Below, one piece after another: positions 29,860 to 40,766 of a DNA stretch of 63,381 bases. Location: contig CAZVTM010000007.1 in NCBI GenBank assembly GCA_964630205.1, positions 1 through 63,381 on the forward strand. Direction: 5' to 3'. The position numbers and the translations under genes were made by a program. The notes under the pieces were generated by a model. The model did no database searches. It saw only the letters and a list, made by a program, of their open reading frames with translations, and was not told the DNA's origin. Positions within the stretch are counted from its first letter, which is position 1. The number at the start of each line of letters is the position of its first letter. Origin of the DNA: an uncultured Helicobacter sp. (GTDB lineage: Bacteria > Campylobacterota > Campylobacteria > Campylobacterales > UBA6016).

Positions 29860-30663
29860 TTGACCGAAAAGGTAATACACGGCGGCGTTAGCGGTAAATA
29901 CGCAATCAATAAGTATCAATATAGGGCATTCGATAGCGAAGATAATGATACGCCTCAATCCGTAGTAATCCATAAGAGCAAACAAATAGAGTATGATGCT
30001 CCACAGCCGACACAGCAGAGATATGAAGCTCCTTGTGCACAGGAAGAAAGTATAATTAGTAACGCTCACGTAGAAACATTTCTACAAAAAATAGATGAGC
30101 TTTCATCTAGTCTTATTAAGATGGAAATGCAGATGGAGCGTCAGCAGGTAGATTTTAATGCTAGGCTTGAGGAGGAGAAAAAAAGAGCCTATGATGATGG
30201 ATTTGCCGCGGCGGCATCAGAACTTGACGCATCATATAAAGCAAAGTTTGAAGAGAGCGAGAGGATGCTTGGTTTATCTGTCAAAAAGCTTGAAGAAACC
30301 GCTCTGGCATATGAAAATAAACTACTTGAAATTGAGAGAGAGCTTGGTAAAACAGCTGTTTCCATAGCGGAGCAAGTTATAAAAAAAGAGGTAAATGAAG
30401 GCTCGTCAAAGGTTGCGCTAGCGCTTGTAAGAGAGCTTTTGTCAAAACTAAAAGACGCCTCTAAAATAAAAATAAAAGTTAGCAAAACAGATGCGGAGTA
30501 TCTAAGAAGTGCCTTGTCGGGAGAATCTAAAGTTACGATTGAAGAAGATGACGCCATACAAAAGGGCGGAATTGTAGTTTTGAGCGATATAGGCAATCTA
30601 GACGGCAATATAAATGCTAGATTTTTGAAAGTCAAAGAGGATTTGCTTGGCGATCATGAGTGA
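29860..30663 (+). CDS. fliH: Flagellar export apparatus protein FliH
   Basis: Coiled-coil region, AYDDGF repeat, DDAIQKGGIVVLSDIGNLDG; lies between fliG and dxs. Confidence 0.92.
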   Translation: MTEKVIHGGVSGKYAINKYQYRAFDSEDNDTPQSVVIHKSKQIEYDAPQPTQQRYEAPCAQEESIISNAHVETFLQKIDELSSSLIKMEMQMERQQVDFNARLEEEKKRAYDDGFAAAASELDASYKAKFEESERMLGLSVKKLEETALAYENKLLEIERELGKTAVSIAEQVIKKEVNEGSSKVALALVRELLSKLKDASKIKIKVSKTDAEYLRSALSGESKVTIEEDDAIQKGGIVVLSDIGNLDGNINARFLKVKEDLLGDHE

Positions 30664-32515
30664 TGTAAAAAATATTGATATAAATGAACTCGAGAGTAAG
30701 GCAAGCTCTATAAGAGAGAGGATACTTGAAGTTGTAAGCCGTAACGGTGGTCATTTGACAAGTTCTCTTGGCGCTGTAGAAATCATACTTGCCATGCACC
30801 ATGTGTTTGACGTCTCAAAAGACCCCTTCATATTTGATGTTAGCCATCAGGCGTATGCGCACAAACTCCTTACAGGAAGATGGGATAGGTTTGACACTCT
30901 TAGGCAGTTTGGCGGAGTTTGCGGTTTTACAAAACCCAGTGAATCGGAGTTTGATTATTTTGTTGCCGGGCATAGTTCTACGTCGATATCCGCAGCTGTA
31001 GGGGCGGCAAAAGCTATAGCATTAAAAGGCGAAGATAGAATACCTGTTGTGCTAATAGGGGACGGTTCGATGACGTCGGGGATGGTGTATGAGGCGTTAA
31101 ACGAGCTCGGGCATCATAAATATCCGATGGTAATAATCCTCAATGACAATGAAATGAGCATTGCAAAGCCAATAGGGGCCATTAGTGAATATCTTAGCAA
31201 AGCCCTATCTTCAAAGACTTATCAGGGCTTTAAAAAACTGGTTGAGGGGGCACTAGAGAGATTGCCTTCTTCCGTGGATTATATTATGAGGCGTTTTGAG
31301 AGAGGTTTCAAACTTATTACTCCCGGGATTATATTTGAAGAACTTGGGCTTGATTATATAGGACCGGCCGACGGTCATAATATAAAAGACTTGGTAGAGC
31401 TTTTTACAATAGCCAAGTCTATGAAAAAACCGGTTGTTGTACATGTGCAGACTATTAAAGGTAAAGGGTATGCTCCCGCAGAGGGTAAGCATGAACATTG
31501 GCACGGTGTTGCCCCTTTTGATAAAGAAAAAGGTGAACTTTCAAAGTCAAAAGCCAGAAGTGCTACCTCAATATTTAGTGAGGCTCTTCTGGAGCTTGCG
31601 GCAAAAGACGAGAAAGTAGTCGGTGTGACGGCTGCAATGCCGAGCGGTACAGGACTTGATAGCCTACTTGAGGCATATCCGACAAGATTTTGGGATGTTG
31701 CCATCTGCGAGCAACATGCCGTTACATCTATGGCGGCAATGGCAAAAGAGGGATTTAAGCCTTTTGTAGCGATATACTCTACGTTTTTACAAAGGGCATA
31801 TGACCAAATAGTGCACGATGTTGCCCTTCAAAATTTACCAGTAGCATTTGCGATAGATAGGGCAGGGATAGTCGGAGAGGACGGCGAGACACATCAGGGT
31901 GTGTTTGATGTGTCGTATCTTAGAAGTATTCCAAATATGGAAATTTTTGCTCCGCGTGACGAAAAAACTCTTATTGCGGCCGTAACTTATGCGGCAAATC
32001 TAAATAAGCCGTGTGCTTTTAGATATCCAAGGGGGGCCTTTTTTCTGCAGGACGAGTTTGATTGCATCGGCTTTGAAAATAAAAAATCGCAAATACTTAT
32101 AGATGCGCCGAGCGATGTATTGTTTATAGGGTATGGCAATGGGGTAGGAAGGGCATACAAGACTGCCAGTATACTAAAACAAGAATTGATAGAGTGTGGG
32201 CTTTTGGATCTTATGTTTGTAAAGCCGCTTGATAGGAATACCTTATTGGAAGTTTCGAAGAGATATAAGAAATGGTTTATATTTAGCGATTCATCCAAAA
32301 TGGGGGGGATAGGCGAGATACTATCTTTATTTTTGCAAGAAGAGGGTATCGCTGATGTTAGAATCGAAAGTTATGAGTATGGGGATGATTTTATAACACA
32401 CGGGAAAACAGCAAAAGTGGAAGAGTCGTTAGGGCTTTTACCTGAGCAGCTTGCTCAAAAAATAGGAAACATTTTAAGAAGCGGCAGACGGTTTGAGTCG
32501 CCTGCCGTAGTCTAA
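30656..32515 (+). CDS. dxs: 1-deoxy-D-xylulose-5-phosphate synthase
   Basis: GGHLTSSLGAVE, FDVSHQAYAHK, GHSSTSIS, GDGSMT, DVAICEQHA, DRAGIVGEDGETH. ATG 30656 preferred to TTG 30647. Confidence 0.97.
   Translation: MSDVKNIDINELESKASSIRERILEVVSRNGGHLTSSLGAVEIILAMHHVFDVSKDPFIFDVSHQAYAHKLLTGRWDRFDTLRQFGGVCGFTKPSESEFDYFVAGHSSTSISAAVGAAKAIALKGEDRIPVVLIGDGSMTSGMVYEALNELGHHKYPMVIILNDNEMSIAKPIGAISEYLSKALSSKTYQGFKKLVEGALERLPSSVDYIMRRFERGFKLITPGIIFEELGLDYIGPADGHNIKDLVELFTIAKSMKKPVVVHVQTIKGKGYAPAEGKHEHWHGVAPFDKEKGELSKSKARSATSIFSEALLELAAKDEKVVGVTAAMPSGTGLDSLLEAYPTRFWDVAICEQHAVTSMAAMAKEGFKPFVAIYSTFLQRAYDQIVHDVALQNLPVAFAIDRAGIVGEDGETHQGVFDVSYLRSIPNMEIFAPRDEKTLIAAVTYAANLNKPCAFRYPRGAFFLQDEFDCIGFENKKSQILIDAPSDVLFIGYGNGVGRAYKTASILKQELIECGLLDLMFVKPLDRNTLLEVSKRYKKWFIFSDSSKMGGIGEILSLFLQEEGIADVRIESYEYGDDFITHGKTAKVEESLGLLPEQLAQKIGNILRSGRRFESPAVV
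32476..32507 (-). terminator. Probable intrinsic terminator of ahpC, lying inside the last dxs codons
   Basis: Minus strand: CGGCAGGCG-ACTCAAAC-CGTCTGCCG (9-bp stem, one G.U) followed by CTTCTT; it begins 8 nt after the ahpC stop. Confidence 0.65.
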
Positions 32516-33118
32516 TTATAGTTTATCAGCGTTAGATGCTAGGTATTCAGCTACACCCTCAGGGCTTGCTTTCATCCCTTTATCGCCTTTATTCCAACCC
32601 GCAGGGCAAACCTCGCCGTATTCGTTTGTAAATAGCATAGCATCTACAACTCTTAGCATTTCATCGATATTTCTACCGAGCGGAAGGTCATTAATAACAG
32701 CATGTCTTACAGTACCGTCTTTGTCAAGAAGGAATGATCCTCTAAGGGCAATACCTGCGTCAAGAAGTACGCCGTAGTTTTGGCTGATTGATTTGTCAAG
32801 GTCCGCAACCATTGGGTAACCGACTTTTCCTATTCCACCTTTTTCTACCGGAGTATTTTTCCAAGCAAGGTGAGTAAAGTGTGAGTCTATAGAAACACCT
32901 ATTACGTTAATCCCTCTATCTTTAAATTCTTTTAATCTGTGGTCAAAGGCTATTAGCTCCGAAGGGCATACAAATGTAAAGTCAAGAGGCCAAAAGAATA
33001 TAACGGCACCCTTGTCGCCTATGTTTTGATATAGATTGAAATCCGCAACTATGGAATTATCCCCCAAAACTGCATTTGCAGTGAAGTCAGGGGCTTTTTT
33101 TGTTACTAATGTACACAT
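32516..33118 (-). CDS. ahpC: 2-Cys peroxiredoxin (alkyl hydroperoxide reductase C)
   Basis: FWPLDFTFVCPSE, GRNIDEMLR, EVCPAGW. Confidence 0.96.
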   Translation of the reverse strand: MCTLVTKKAPDFTANAVLGDNSIVADFNLYQNIGDKGAVIFFWPLDFTFVCPSELIAFDHRLKEFKDRGINVIGVSIDSHFTHLAWKNTPVEKGGIGKVGYPMVADLDKSISQNYGVLLDAGIALRGSFLLDKDGTVRHAVINDLPLGRNIDEMLRVVDAMLFTNEYGEVCPAGWNKGDKGMKASPEGVAEYLASNADKL

Positions 33119-33245
33119 AAGAAATCTCCTTAAATATTTTAATTTAGGAAATTTTACTATTTAAAAAATTAAATGAATATTAAACTCTCTGCGTTAAGCC
33201 TATGGCAAGTAAAATTAAGAAAAATTTTAAAAACAAGGCTTTTTG

Positions 33246-34418
33246 ATGTCAAAAAACTTTTTATTTACCTCTGAATCTGTATCCGAAGGGCATCCAGATA
33301 AAATGGCCGACCAAATCAGTGACGCTGTGCTGGATTACATTCTAACGCACTCTAAAAACCCGTCTCTTGCAAGGGTTGCTTGTGAAACTTTAGTTTCAAA
33401 CGGTTTTTGTGTCGTTGCCGGCGAGATGAAAATTGAAAATGATATGAGGCTTCCTATTCAAGACATAGTAAGGGAGACGGTAAGGGAAATTGGCTACACC
33501 GATTCAGATTTTGGTTTTGACTACAAAAGTGCCGCCGTTTTGGACGGGCTTGGCAAGCAGTCTAGCGACATCAATCAGGGCGTAGATAGATTTGACGGCG
33601 AGATAGGAGCGGGGGATCAAGGTTTTATGTTTGGGTATGCGTGCCGTGAGACACCAACCCTTATGCCACTCCCTATATATTTATCCCATAGACTTACAGA
33701 GAGACTTGCAGAGTGCAGGAAAAACGGGACTATCCCATATCTAAGGCCTGACGCAAAATCGCAAGTTTCGGTGAGATATATTGACGATAAACCTACAAAA
33801 GTGGAGGCTGTCGTTGTCTCAACACAGCATCATGATGATATAAGCCAAGAGCAGATAAAACAAGATGTGATTAAAGAGGTTATAGAAAAAGTTATCCCTG
33901 CAGAACTTAGGGATGATAACATCAAATACTACATTAATCCGACGGGAAAATTTGTTATCGGCGGCCCTCAAGGAGATGCGGGTCTGACCGGTAGAAAAAT
34001 TATAGTTGATACTTACGGCGGCGCTTGCCCGCATGGCGGCGGCGCATTTAGCGGCAAAGATCCTACAAAGGTTGATAGAAGTGCAGCGTATATGGCTAGA
34101 TATGTTGCTAAAAACCTAGTGGCTTCCGGCGTATGCGATAAAGCTACTGTTCAGATAGCATATGCGATAGGCGTTGTTGAGCCGATATCTTTGATGGTCG
34201 AGACGCACGGAACTTCGAAAGTAGATGAGAATAAGTTAGAAGAGTGTGTAAGAAGCGTATTTAGACTTACGCCAAAAGGAATTATAGAGTCGCTTGATTT
34301 ACATAGACCTATATATAAAAAAACTGCTGCTTATGGACACTTTGGTAGAGAACTTCCAGAGTTTACGTGGGAAAAAACAGACAAGGCAGACGCTATTAAA
34401 GCATTTTTTGGCCTCTAA
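33246..34418 (+). CDS. metK: S-adenosylmethionine synthetase
   Basis: [55 protein letters not shown]. Confidence 0.98.
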   Translation: MSKNFLFTSESVSEGHPDKMADQISDAVLDYILTHSKNPSLARVACETLVSNGFCVVAGEMKIENDMRLPIQDIVRETVREIGYTDSDFGFDYKSAAVLDGLGKQSSDINQGVDRFDGEIGAGDQGFMFGYACRETPTLMPLPIYLSHRLTERLAECRKNGTIPYLRPDAKSQVSVRYIDDKPTKVEAVVVSTQHHDDISQEQIKQDVIKEVIEKVIPAELRDDNIKYYINPTGKFVIGGPQGDAGLTGRKIIVDTYGGACPHGGGAFSGKDPTKVDRSAAYMARYVAKNLVASGVCDKATVQIAYAIGVVEPISLMVETHGTSKVDENKLEECVRSVFRLTPKGIIESLDLHRPIYKKTAAYGHFGRELPEFTWEKTDKADAIKAFFGL

Positions 34419-34497
34419 CAAAAATGCTTAATTTGTGTTTTATTTTTAGTTGGCTATAGTTACTATCCTTTAGCTTTTAAACATAGGAGATTTAAAA

Positions 34498-34752
34498 ATG
34501 GCAGTTAAAATTTTAGATACTTGTATTTCTTGCGGAGCCTGTATAGATGAATGCCCTGTTGAGGCGATAGTTGATGATGAGGATAATCCGACTGGCGAAT
34601 CAATCTATTATGTATACCCTGATAAATGCGTAGAGTGCGATGGCTATCACGATGTTCCCGCATGTGCGGCTGCGTGCCCTACCGAAGGATGTATTGTTTG
34701 GGATGAGGGAAATAAAAAAGGTAAAGCCGCTGGCTCAAATGTAGTAGATTAA
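34498..34752 (+). CDS. fdxA: 2[4Fe-4S] ferredoxin
   Basis: CISCGACIDECP and CVECDGYHDVPACAAACP; directly upstream of ndk, like C. jejuni fdxA. Confidence 0.9.
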   Translation: MAVKILDTCISCGACIDECPVEAIVDDEDNPTGESIYYVYPDKCVECDGYHDVPACAAACPTEGCIVWDEGNKKGKAAGSNVVD

Positions 34753-34784
34753 TTTTTTAATCTGACCCACATTTCTACTTCAAA

Positions 34785-34808
34785 GGGGAGTGATATAAAT
34801 TCCTCCCC
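34785..34808 (+). terminator. Hairpin downstream of fdxA (possible terminator)
   Basis: GGGGAG-N12-CTCCCC stem; weak U tract. Confidence 0.4.
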
Positions 34809-34854
34809 GCTTCAAAATAACCATTTTTTTATTTTATAACTTAAAAAAACTTTT

Positions 34855-34863
34855 TGGTATAAT
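34855..34863 (+). promoter_or_regulatory. Extended -10 (TGgTATAAT) of the ndk-yceD-rpmF-plsX-fabH operon
   Basis: TTTTTGGTATAAT about 40 nt upstream of the ndk ATG. Confidence 0.6.
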
Positions 34864-34903
34864 TTCACCCCTAATTTATTTTTAGATTTTTAGAGGATTA
34901 TAT

Positions 34904-35317
34904 ATGCAGAGGACTCTGTCCATAATAAAACCGGATGCGGTTGCAAAAAACGTCATAGGTAAAATAGTAGATAGATTTGAGTCAAACGGCCTAAAAATTG
35001 CCGCTATGAAAAAAATCAAACTATCAGAAGAGGTTGCTGCGGGTTTCTACGCTGAGCACAAAGAGAGAGGCTTTTTTAAAGACCTAGTATCTTTTATGAC
35101 TAGCGGACCAGTTGTTGTTATGGTGCTTGAAGGTGAAAACGCAATAGCTAAGAATAGAGAGCTAATGGGTGCTACAAACCCGAAAGAAGCTGCAGCCGGC
35201 ACTATTAGAGCAGACTTTGCTGAAAGTATCGATGCAAACGCTGTCCACGGTAGTGACTCTGAGGCTAGCGCCGCAAGAGAAATATCTTATTTCTTTAGTC
35301 AAATAGAGATAAACTAA
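34904..35317 (+). CDS. ndk: Nucleoside diphosphate kinase
   Basis: [31 protein letters not shown]. Confidence 0.98.
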   Translation: MQRTLSIIKPDAVAKNVIGKIVDRFESNGLKIAAMKKIKLSEEVAAGFYAEHKERGFFKDLVSFMTSGPVVVMVLEGENAIAKNRELMGATNPKEAAAGTIRADFAESIDANAVHGSDSEASAAREISYFFSQIEIN

Positions 35318-35325
35318 AATTCTGA

Positions 35326-35709
35326 ATGAAAGTTGACCTAAGAAAGCTACCCAAAGAGCAAAAAGAGTTTTCACTCGAATATAAAAACGGTGAAGATTTT
35401 GCTCAATTTAATGGTAGTTTTTACGGTAAGCCCCCGTTTTTAGTTATTACGGGGAATATTCAAGGTAAAATAAAAGTAGCGTGCGATATTAGCGGCGAAG
35501 AGTTTTTTGACACATTAAACGAAGATGTTAAAATAAAGGTAGTCGAAGGTATCCATAAGGGTTTTGACGAAGAGTACGACATAGTTGAAAACGATGATTC
35601 ATTATTTGATTTTGAATCATTTTTACATGGCGAAATCGAACTTTTTAGAAACGATTACCATAAAAAAGAAGAGATAAGCGATAAAGAGTTTGTCTTTGAA
35701 AATCTATAA
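35326..35709 (+). CDS. YceD/DUF177-like protein
   Basis: ACDISGEEF motif; occupies the conserved position between ndk and rpmF. Confidence 0.75.
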   Translation: MKVDLRKLPKEQKEFSLEYKNGEDFAQFNGSFYGKPPFLVITGNIQGKIKVACDISGEEFFDTLNEDVKIKVVEGIHKGFDEEYDIVENDDSLFDFESFLHGEIELFRNDYHKKEEISDKEFVFENL

Positions 35710-35719
35710 GGAGTAGAAA

Positions 35720-35869
35720 ATGGCAGTACCTAAGCGAAGAGTGAGCCACACAAGAGCAGCAAAAAGAAGAACACACTACAAAGTTACACTTCCTATGCCT
35801 GTAAAATGTGAAGACGGCTCATACAGACTTCCTCATAGAGCAAGTCCTACTACTGGCGCACTTAAATAG
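35720..35869 (+). CDS. rpmF: 50S ribosomal protein L32 (missed by ORF track)
   Basis: Hand translation [49 protein letters not shown]; SD AAGGAG; lacks the Zn-ribbon cysteines. Confidence 0.97.
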   Translation: MAVPKRRVSHTRAAKRRTHYKVTLPMPVKCEDGSYRLPHRASPTTGALK

Positions 35870-35875
35870 TCTTTG

Positions 35876-36865
35876 ATGATTAGAGTAGCTATTGACGCTA
35901 TGGGCGGAGACTTCGGTCCCGCTCCGATTGTTGCCGGTGTTTTGGACGCTTTAAAGGCGGTTAAATTTGAAGCTATTTTGGTTGGCGATGAGGGTGTTAT
36001 TAAAGGGTTGTTGCCGGAAGGTGTTAACTCTTTAATAACCATTGTTCATGCCGACGATGTAATATCTATGCATGATCATGCTACCGATGCGTTAAAGAAA
36101 AAAAACAGTTCTATCTATGTTGCCACTGAGCTAGTAAGAGAAGGCAAAGCCGATGCGTTAGTGTCTGCTGGACACAGCGGAGCTACGATGAGCCTCGCAA
36201 CTCTTAGAATAGGGCGAATAGACGGTATAGCTAGACCTGCAATAGCAACACTGATGCCGACGGTCATAGATGGGCAAAAAAGCCTTGTGCTTGACGTTGG
36301 CGCAAACGTGGACTGCAAACCTGAGCATTTGTATCAGTTTGGTGTAATGGGGCTTGCCTACGCTAAAGATATTATGGGTATCAAGAAAGTAAAGGTGGGA
36401 ATACTCACAAACGGTGAAGAAGATACAAAGGGTAATGAGGTTACCAAGGAAGCCGCCGCAATGCTAAAATCAATGCCGGAATTTATAGGTAATGTTGAGG
36501 GTAATAATATCTTTGACGGCTCTGTCCACGTGATAGTGTGCGATGGCTTCGTAGGCAATATAGTTCTTAAGACGAGCGAGGGTGTCGCCGATACAATCGG
36601 CAAATTTATGAAACACCATATCAAAAAATCTGCATTTGCTTCCTTCGGTTCCGTATTTATGAGAAAAGTATTTTCAAGCCTAAAACAGCAAATTGACTAC
36701 GCTGAGTACGGCGGCGCACCGCTTCTTGGAATTAATGGAGCTGCGATAGTAAGCCACGGCAAGAGCAATCCAAAAGCAATTAAAAACGCAATATTCCAGG
36801 CTATAAACTTTGTTAAGTCGGATGTCAACAAGCATATAAAAGCTTCGCTAGAGACAAAAAATTGA
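35876..36865 (+). CDS. plsX: Phosphate acyltransferase PlsX
   Basis: [11 protein letters not shown]-type start ([12 protein letters not shown]), [34 protein letters not shown]. Confidence 0.97.
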   Translation: MIRVAIDAMGGDFGPAPIVAGVLDALKAVKFEAILVGDEGVIKGLLPEGVNSLITIVHADDVISMHDHATDALKKKNSSIYVATELVREGKADALVSAGHSGATMSLATLRIGRIDGIARPAIATLMPTVIDGQKSLVLDVGANVDCKPEHLYQFGVMGLAYAKDIMGIKKVKVGILTNGEEDTKGNEVTKEAAAMLKSMPEFIGNVEGNNIFDGSVHVIVCDGFVGNIVLKTSEGVADTIGKFMKHHIKKSAFASFGSVFMRKVFSSLKQQIDYAEYGGAPLLGINGAAIVSHGKSNPKAIKNAIFQAINFVKSDVNKHIKASLETKN

Positions 36866-37842
36866 GCTTTGCCGTTTTTAAATCGATAGGGGCTTATGTT
36901 CCTGAGAAAATTTTGACCAACGCAGAATTAGAGCGGATGGTTGAAACTACCGACGATTGGATTATGAAGCGCACGGGCATCAAAGAGAGACGTATAGCTG
37001 CCGATGGCGAGTTGACGTCTGATCTTGCTCTAAAAGCCTCTCTAAAGGCCATAGAAAGGGCAGCAATCAATAAAGATGAGATAGACCTCGTAGTTTTTGC
37101 AACTATTACCCCTGATTTTCTTTGTATGCCATCCACCGCTTGTATTTTGGCAGATAAACTCGGTCTGAAGAATGTAGCGGCTTTTGATATAAGCGCGGCT
37201 TGTAGCGGCTTTATATATGCTCTCAGCGTTGCGAAAGCATATATTGAGTCCGGTATGAAAAAAACAGTTCTTGTTGTTGGCGCAGAGACTTTAAGTAGGG
37301 TGGTTGATTATACGGATAGATCTACTTGTATACTTTTTGGAGACGGCGCCGGTGCCGCTATAGTTACGGCATCTGAATCAAAAGAAAACGCAATACTCGA
37401 TATTCATACGAGTGCAGACGGCGGATATTGGGATTTTCTTATTACCCCACTTGCAACAACAGGTAAAAAAGGTGGCATCTGTAGTTCATTTATCCAGATG
37501 AAAGGCAATGAAACATTCAAGCTCGCCGTAAAGACACTCTCCTCGGACTGCATAAACATACTTGAAAATAACGGAATGGACTCGTCAAATATAGACCATT
37601 TCATACCGCACCAAGCAAATTATCGTATTATAAAGGCTGTCGGCGAGAGCGTTGGATTGCCTGATGATAAAGTGGTTCTTACTGTTGAAAAATATGGAAA
37701 TACCTCGGCGGCGTCTATTCCTATGGCGATAAACGATATGTATGAGGCCGGAAAACTCAAAAAAGGACAGTTAATGCTTCTTGATGCATTTGGCGGAGGT
37801 CTTACTTGGGGAAGTTGTCTTGCTTACTTTGACGGCAAATAG
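36862..37842 (+). CDS. fabH: 3-oxoacyl-ACP synthase III
   Basis: [50 protein letters not shown]. Confidence 0.97.
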   Translation: MSFAVFKSIGAYVPEKILTNAELERMVETTDDWIMKRTGIKERRIAADGELTSDLALKASLKAIERAAINKDEIDLVVFATITPDFLCMPSTACILADKLGLKNVAAFDISAACSGFIYALSVAKAYIESGMKKTVLVVGAETLSRVVDYTDRSTCILFGDGAGAAIVTASESKENAILDIHTSADGGYWDFLITPLATTGKKGGICSSFIQMKGNETFKLAVKTLSSDCINILENNGMDSSNIDHFIPHQANYRIIKAVGESVGLPDDKVVLTVEKYGNTSAASIPMAINDMYEAGKLKKGQLMLLDAFGGGLTWGSCLAYFDGK

Positions 37843-37866
37843 ATAGGGTATAGTATAGCTTTATTT

Positions 37867-37887
37867 GCCCCGTAAAGGGGCTTTATT

Positions 37888-37888
<1 letters not shown>
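37867..37888 (+). terminator. Intrinsic terminator after fabH
   Basis: GCCCC-GTAAA-GGGGC followed by TTTATTTT, between convergent fabH and fabI. Confidence 0.65.
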
Positions 37889-38739
<851 letters not shown>

Positions 38740-39444
38740 TTAAATATTTGCTGATATGTTGATTATTTTATAAAAATCTTCCGCTATGAGGCTTGCTCCG
38801 CCGACTAGTACGCCGTCGACAAAAGAGCTGCCCAATATTTCATTTGCATTTGCGGCATTTACGCTACCGCCGTAAAGTATTTTAGAATCGAGTCTTTCTC
38901 TGATTGCTTTGTGAACCTCTTCTATATCCTCTACACTTGCGGTTAGTCCTGTACCTATCGCCCAAACAGGCTCGTATGCTATAACCAAATTGACATATGA
39001 TAAATCTATATTTTCAAGTTGCTTGTCAATATAGTTCATTACGCTTTCAATCCCTTTTTGGCGTACTTCTATCGGCTCACCAACGCAGTAAAATATATTA
39101 AAGCTATTTCTTTTGAAAAACTCGTATTTTCTTGCTATAAACTCTTGGGATTCCTTGAGAATATGTCTTCTCTCAGAATGGCCTATAAGTATTGTATCGA
39201 TATCAAATTCAGATAGCGCTTCTAGGCATATCTCTCCAGTATAGGAGCCTTTTTCGGCCGGATAACCGTTTTGAGCTCCGATCTTGATATTTTTGAGCCC
39301 ATAGTTATCCATTGCGGTAAAAGGGGGGAATATGACAACGGAGTCGCCAGACCCTTTTTGTTCGCATAAGGCGTCTAATTCTTTTAGGTATCCTGCGGTA
39401 CTTGTCCTAGTGTGATTGGCCTTAAAATTGCCGGCTATTATCAT
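38740..39444 (-). CDS. tpiA: Triosephosphate isomerase
   Basis: [35 protein letters not shown]. Confidence 0.97.
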   Translation of the reverse strand: MIIAGNFKANHTRTSTAGYLKELDALCEQKGSGDSVVIFPPFTAMDNYGLKNIKIGAQNGYPAEKGSYTGEICLEALSEFDIDTILIGHSERRHILKESQEFIARKYEFFKRNSFNIFYCVGEPIEVRQKGIESVMNYIDKQLENIDLSYVNLVIAYEPVWAIGTGLTASVEDIEEVHKAIRERLDSKILYGGSVNAANANEILGSSFVDGVLVGGASLIAEDFYKIINISANI

Positions 39445-40640
39445 CTTTTTGCCTCAACCGATTTAACGCCTGGCAACTCTTTGCCTTCCAGCAGCTCAAG
39501 GCTTGCCCCACCACCTGTTGATATAAAGGTCATCCCCTCGGTATCGCCTGCTCTTTGTACGAGATCTGCCGTGTCACCACCGCCTATGATTGTAGTGGCG
39601 CTACTTTGCGCTAGGAAGTGTGACAACTTGAAGCTCCCTTTTGAAAACTTGTCCATCTCATAAACACCCATAGGCCCATTCCAAAGAACGGTTCTGGCAT
39701 CTTTCAGTGCTAGTTTAAATAGCTCTATCGAAGCGTCGCCAATATCTAGACCCATCCAGCCGTCAGGTATCTCTTGCGCCGTACATTGGTCTACTTTTGC
39801 GTCTTCTGCGAATTTATCGGCTATTGTGATGTCAACCGGCAGATATATTTTTACGCCCAAATCTTGTGCTTTTTGCATTATTTTTTTTGCTTCGTCGATT
39901 AGTTCGCTTTCGATGAGCGATTTTCCTACGTTATATCCTTGCGCTTTTAGAAAAGTAAAAGCCATGCCACCGCCGATTATGAGCTTGTCCACTTTTGGAA
40001 GTAAGCTAGTCAGAGCCTCTAGCTTGCCAGACACTTTACTACCGCCAACTACCGCCACAAAGGGTCTTGTAGGTGTTGCAAGTGCATCTCTTAGATATGC
40101 CACCTCTTTTTGCAAAAGAAAGCCCGCACTTTTTTTATCATCTGAAAAAAGCGATGGGAGAGCATCTACCGATGCGTGAGCTCTGTGGCTTGCTCCAAAG
40201 GCATCATTGATGTAAATATCTACGCCGTTGGATAGTTTTTTGGCAAATTCTATGTCGTTTTTAGTCTCGCCCTCTTCAAACCTTAGATTTTCAAGGAGAA
40301 CTATATCGCCCGCCTTCATATTTGATATTTTGGCTATAGCGTCATCACCACATACGTCATGCGCCAACGTTATCTCTCTTTTAAGCAAAGTATGAAGTCT
40401 TTTTGCTACAGGTTTTAGGGAGTTTTTTTCATCAAAAGTCCCTGCTTTTGGTCTTCCAAAGTGGCTTGCAAGAATAACTTTGCAGTCGTGGTCTATGCAG
40501 TAATTGATTGTTGGAAGCGTAGAATAGATTCTTCTATCATCTGCGATATTGCCGTAGTCGTCAGTAGGAACGTTGAAGTCGCACCTAATAAAAATAGTTT
40601 TTCCGGCAATATCCAGCTCTTTTATAGACTTTAGCTTCAA
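39441..40640 (-). CDS. pgk: Phosphoglycerate kinase
   Basis: [52 protein letters not shown]; TTG start with SD AAGGAG. Confidence 0.98.
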   Translation of the reverse strand: MKLKSIKELDIAGKTIFIRCDFNVPTDDYGNIADDRRIYSTLPTINYCIDHDCKVILASHFGRPKAGTFDEKNSLKPVAKRLHTLLKREITLAHDVCGDDAIAKISNMKAGDIVLLENLRFEEGETKNDIEFAKKLSNGVDIYINDAFGASHRAHASVDALPSLFSDDKKSAGFLLQKEVAYLRDALATPTRPFVAVVGGSKVSGKLEALTSLLPKVDKLIIGGGMAFTFLKAQGYNVGKSLIESELIDEAKKIMQKAQDLGVKIYLPVDITIADKFAEDAKVDQCTAQEIPDGWMGLDIGDASIELFKLALKDARTVLWNGPMGVYEMDKFSKGSFKLSHFLAQSSATTIIGGGDTADLVQRAGDTEGMTFISTGGGASLELLEGKELPGVKSVEAKR

Positions 40641-40658
40641 GCGAACTCCTTTTTGGCG

Positions 40659-40673
40659 TTAATTTAGCTTCAT
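40659..40673 (-). other. Mini-ORF ATG AAG CTA AAT TAA (MKLN*) with SD, in the usual gapA position; possible deletion scar or uORF
   Basis: Minus strand reads AAAGGA-TGTTT-ATGAAGCTAAATTAA-CGCCAAAAAGGAGTTCGC-TTGAAGCTAAAG (pgk start). Confidence 0.5.
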
Positions 40674-40766
40674 AAACATCCTTTCGTATTATCTCAAATA
40701 GGGCTTTAAAATAATATTTAAAACATTCCTCTGCCACAATAGCGTAAATAATTTTGGTGTTTTAAT

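Noticed and set aside
24948-32515. Flagellar genes fliFGH embedded among amino-acid and isoprenoid genes as a novelty
   Set aside because: The same pheA-hisC-fliFGH-dxs arrangement is established in C. jejuni.
33119-33245. SAM riboswitch before metK, or Fur/PerR box before ahpC
   Set aside because: Very AT-rich, with no SAM aptamer core and no clear 7-1-7 or 9-1-9 inverted repeat.
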